A DNA stretch of 63,788 bases, counting the filler, from Hausera hauseri (taxonomy: Eukaryota), in assembly GCA_046269625.1 (NCBI GenBank). It is 11 parts of 11 records of this genome, joined end to end, with 100 filler letters (N's around TTAATTAATTAA, not from the genome) between each part and the next. Parts side by side here need not be neighbours in the genome. Positions count along the whole stretch, not along the records: positions 59,017 to 63,788 come from JBJURY010441579.1; 10 more parts are not named here. The stretch is one strand, 5' to 3'. The first letter of the stretch is position 1; each line of letters begins with the position of its first letter. Under the pieces are notes generated by a model. It worked only from the letters and a program-made list of their open reading frames with translations, was not told where the DNA came from and made no database searches. The position numbers and the translations under genes were made by a program. Below, one piece after another: positions 62,661 to 63,788 of this stretch.

Positions 62661-63439
62661 GATATAGTACTGATCGTAGGTATTTTCTGTTTTACATATT
62701 CAATACACACGTATTCTTCAATATTCAGTATAATGATGCGACGTAGTGTATAACTAAGATAAACAGAGTAGGGTGGGTTATAGGTAAAACGCATAAGAGT
62801 TCTCAACATATGCAGCAGTCTATAGATGTTATTCGGAAGCGTCTGGTATCGTTTAGCATATGCGTATTTTTTGCATTATGCAANNNNNNNNNNAATTATT
62901 TTTAACACATCGGTAGCGTCGATGTAGTTTTCAGGTCCCTTAACGGTTCATGGATGCATGAGCTTACAACAAGCCGTATTGTGATAAAATATGGATGGAA
63001 ATTTTCTAGTAATGCATTGATAAATGTACATTTGACCGCGAATTTTGTTATACTGTTATCAATTTTGACAGCATCAAAATCTATATTTCATTTTCCTGAC
63101 TCATTCGCAGTTCTTGATGTTTCTTGTACAAATTAGCTTCTGTTGAATTTCCGCTTTTGTAACGGGCATCACATTCCGATTTAGTTCTCTTACGACTACT
63201 TAAAAATATCAATAATTCATCAGCAACAGGACTTTTAATAACGTCGTTAAATATTGTTCGAGTAAGTGGAGTTACAACATTACTCCATATCATTACTTAA
63301 TTATGTTTTTGTAACAGTACTGGATCCCTCGGTTTGAAAATGCATTCGTCTTTGTCACATTTGAGAAAACTAGAGTGTTACTGAAAGATTGGAATTAGTT
63401 CCAGAACTGATACTATATTCTAGGGTAGCTAATCCTAAA

Positions 63440-63540
63440 CAATTGTATGGAAGCAGAAGCAATGAAACAACTGTTCAACAAATCTGCTTTCAGCCAATGG
63501 GGCATCAAATTTATTCGAATCATACTCGATAAACTTTGGC
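63440..63540 (+). mobile_element. Possible Kolobok/Mutator-like transposase remnant
   Basis: MEAEAMKQLFNKSAFSQWGIKFIRIILD resembles the ME....F.RS...G..Y....D segment. Short and degenerate. Confidence 0.25.
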
Positions 63541-63788
63541 AGCAAGTTTTTATTAATTGTAAATGAGAATCTTGAAGTCCTTGAAAAAACAAGATTTTCA
63601 GTAATTCTGAGCTTTGTATTCCTATTGCTTTGATAAAATCAGGTACACAACGCTAAAAAAGACTGTAAGAATAGAATTTGTCTTATCATTTAAGGATGCC
63701 ATCATATATCATAATGAAATTTCTGTCTGAAACAATTGTAAATGAACATGCAAATTCTGAGTTTGAGATACAAATAAAACGTCAAGTA

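Overview
AT-rich eukaryotic (animal) DNA, not prokaryotic. The window is about 11 short contigs (4-8 kb) joined by artificial 100-nt N/TTAATTAATTAA/N spacers, so adjacency across spacers means nothing. Most of it is decayed mobile DNA: four copies of a CsRn1-type Ty3/Gypsy family; a Bel/Pao 5' end; a Gypsy-type gag upstream of a chuvirus-like glycoprotein; Polinton/adintovirus pieces (three pPolB segments and a penton-core-hexon-protease block); Tc1 and hATm-like transposase remnants; and an ORF1-like gene ending in a RING finger. Host sequences include an intact intronless class IA PI3K p110 gene, a spliced last exon of DNAL4 that the ORF track missed, and broken intronless fragments of BBS1, CDC5L, VPS53, ABCG/white and an MDC1/PTIP-like BRCT gene. 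Best candidate for something new: two unrelated LTR-retrotransposon superfamilies (Gypsy, three copies; Bel/Pao, one copy) each carry a ubiquitin-like domain fused in frame to the Gag N-terminus, ending in IRGG or LKGG (decayed to TPDG in one copy). All homology calls are by eye from remembered motifs; no database searches were run.
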